Shown: positions 63,646 through 64,000 of the stretch, one piece after another | Position numbering within the stretch: position 1 is the stretch's first letter | Layout of the letters: each line of letters starts with the position of its first letter | Notes under the pieces: generated by a model | Told to the model about the DNA's origin: nothing | What the model saw: the letters and a program-made list of their open reading frames with translations, nothing else | The model's database searches: none | Origin: a virus | Lineage: Duplodnaviria; Caudoviricetes | Reading direction: 5' to 3' (one strand) | Virus record (IMG/VR): IMGVR_UViG_3300020470_000690 | Coordinates: 1,494 to 65,493 of that record | Length of the DNA: 64,000 nt | Program-made: the position numbers and the translations under genes

Positions 63646-63840
63646 CTAATAGTAATAGATTTTGTCTTGTAATTCTATCTCTATTGTATCAAACAAGCGA
63701 TCTAATGTGTTAGCAAATTTGTTATAACTTGTTGCTACTAATACCTGACCTGAAACTACACTTATGGTGGCAATTCCCCAAAATAGGTAATAAAAACGTG
63801 ACTTAACTTGTGCACGTAGTTTCTCTTTATCTTTCCCCAT
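63646..63840 (-). CDS. Small membrane-anchored hypothetical protein
   Basis: Basic N-terminus followed by hydrophobic FYYLFWGIATISVVSGQVLVA. Confidence 0.65.
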   Translation of the reverse strand: MGKDKEKLRAQVKSRFYYLFWGIATISVVSGQVLVATSYNKFANTLDRLFDTIEIELQDKIYYY

Positions 63841-64000
63841 TTATGATCTCCAAAGTAATAGGTTCTTGTAAGTATTGTAGCACATATTCTTTACAATCAG
63901 CAACTGTATCTGCATGATAGATCTTTTCATACACAAAGCATTCTTGATTAGTTGTTGTTAACTTAAGTCGCTGCATTACGTGGTACTCGTTACCAACGGA
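63827..64000 (-). CDS. Hypothetical protein, 3' part (truncated by window edge)
   Basis: Open frame SVGNEYHVMQRLKL...LEIINGER* overlapping the start of 63646..63840. Confidence 0.45.
   Translation of the reverse strand, partial: SVGNEYHVMQRLKLTTTNQECFVYEKIYHADTVADCKEYVLQYLQEPITLEIINGER

Noticed and set aside
1-64000. tRNA, rRNA, integrase, transposase or photosynthesis/bilin auxiliary genes
   Set aside because: None recognised; intergenic gaps are very short outside 61.6-63.6 kb. Bilin-synthesis genes relevant to the phycobiliprotein-like hypothesis would have to lie outside this window.

Overview
The window is part of a T4-like cyanomyovirus (Kyanoviridae-type) genome, with essentially all real genes on the minus strand. 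In transcription order (right to left) it starts with an AT-rich early/regulatory region: small ORFs, sigma70-type promoters and TTTTCCACA DnaA-box-like motifs. Next come NlpC/P60, AbrB-like and 2OG-Fe(II) oxygenase genes, a 1364-aa structural protein, PAAR, a basic peptide and a SET protein. The virion module follows: gp25, gp6, a giant 9152-aa gp7-like protein, YHYH protein, gp9/10-like protein, gp8, VrlC/DUF4815 protein, a 2384-aa fiber, gp13, gp14, gp15 and the start of gp16. Two observations inside the 27.5-kb gp7-like gene stand out. (1) It is built by recursive domain-in-domain insertion: 23 copies of a ~105-aa beta domain parse as balanced brackets, up to 10 levels deep and including circular permutants. 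(2) It carries 7 helical domains, several also nested, that by eye resemble phycobiliprotein subunits and keep Cys residues at both canonical bilin-attachment positions, raising the hypothesis of a chromophore-binding virion. All assignments come from motif recognition and synteny; no database searches were run.
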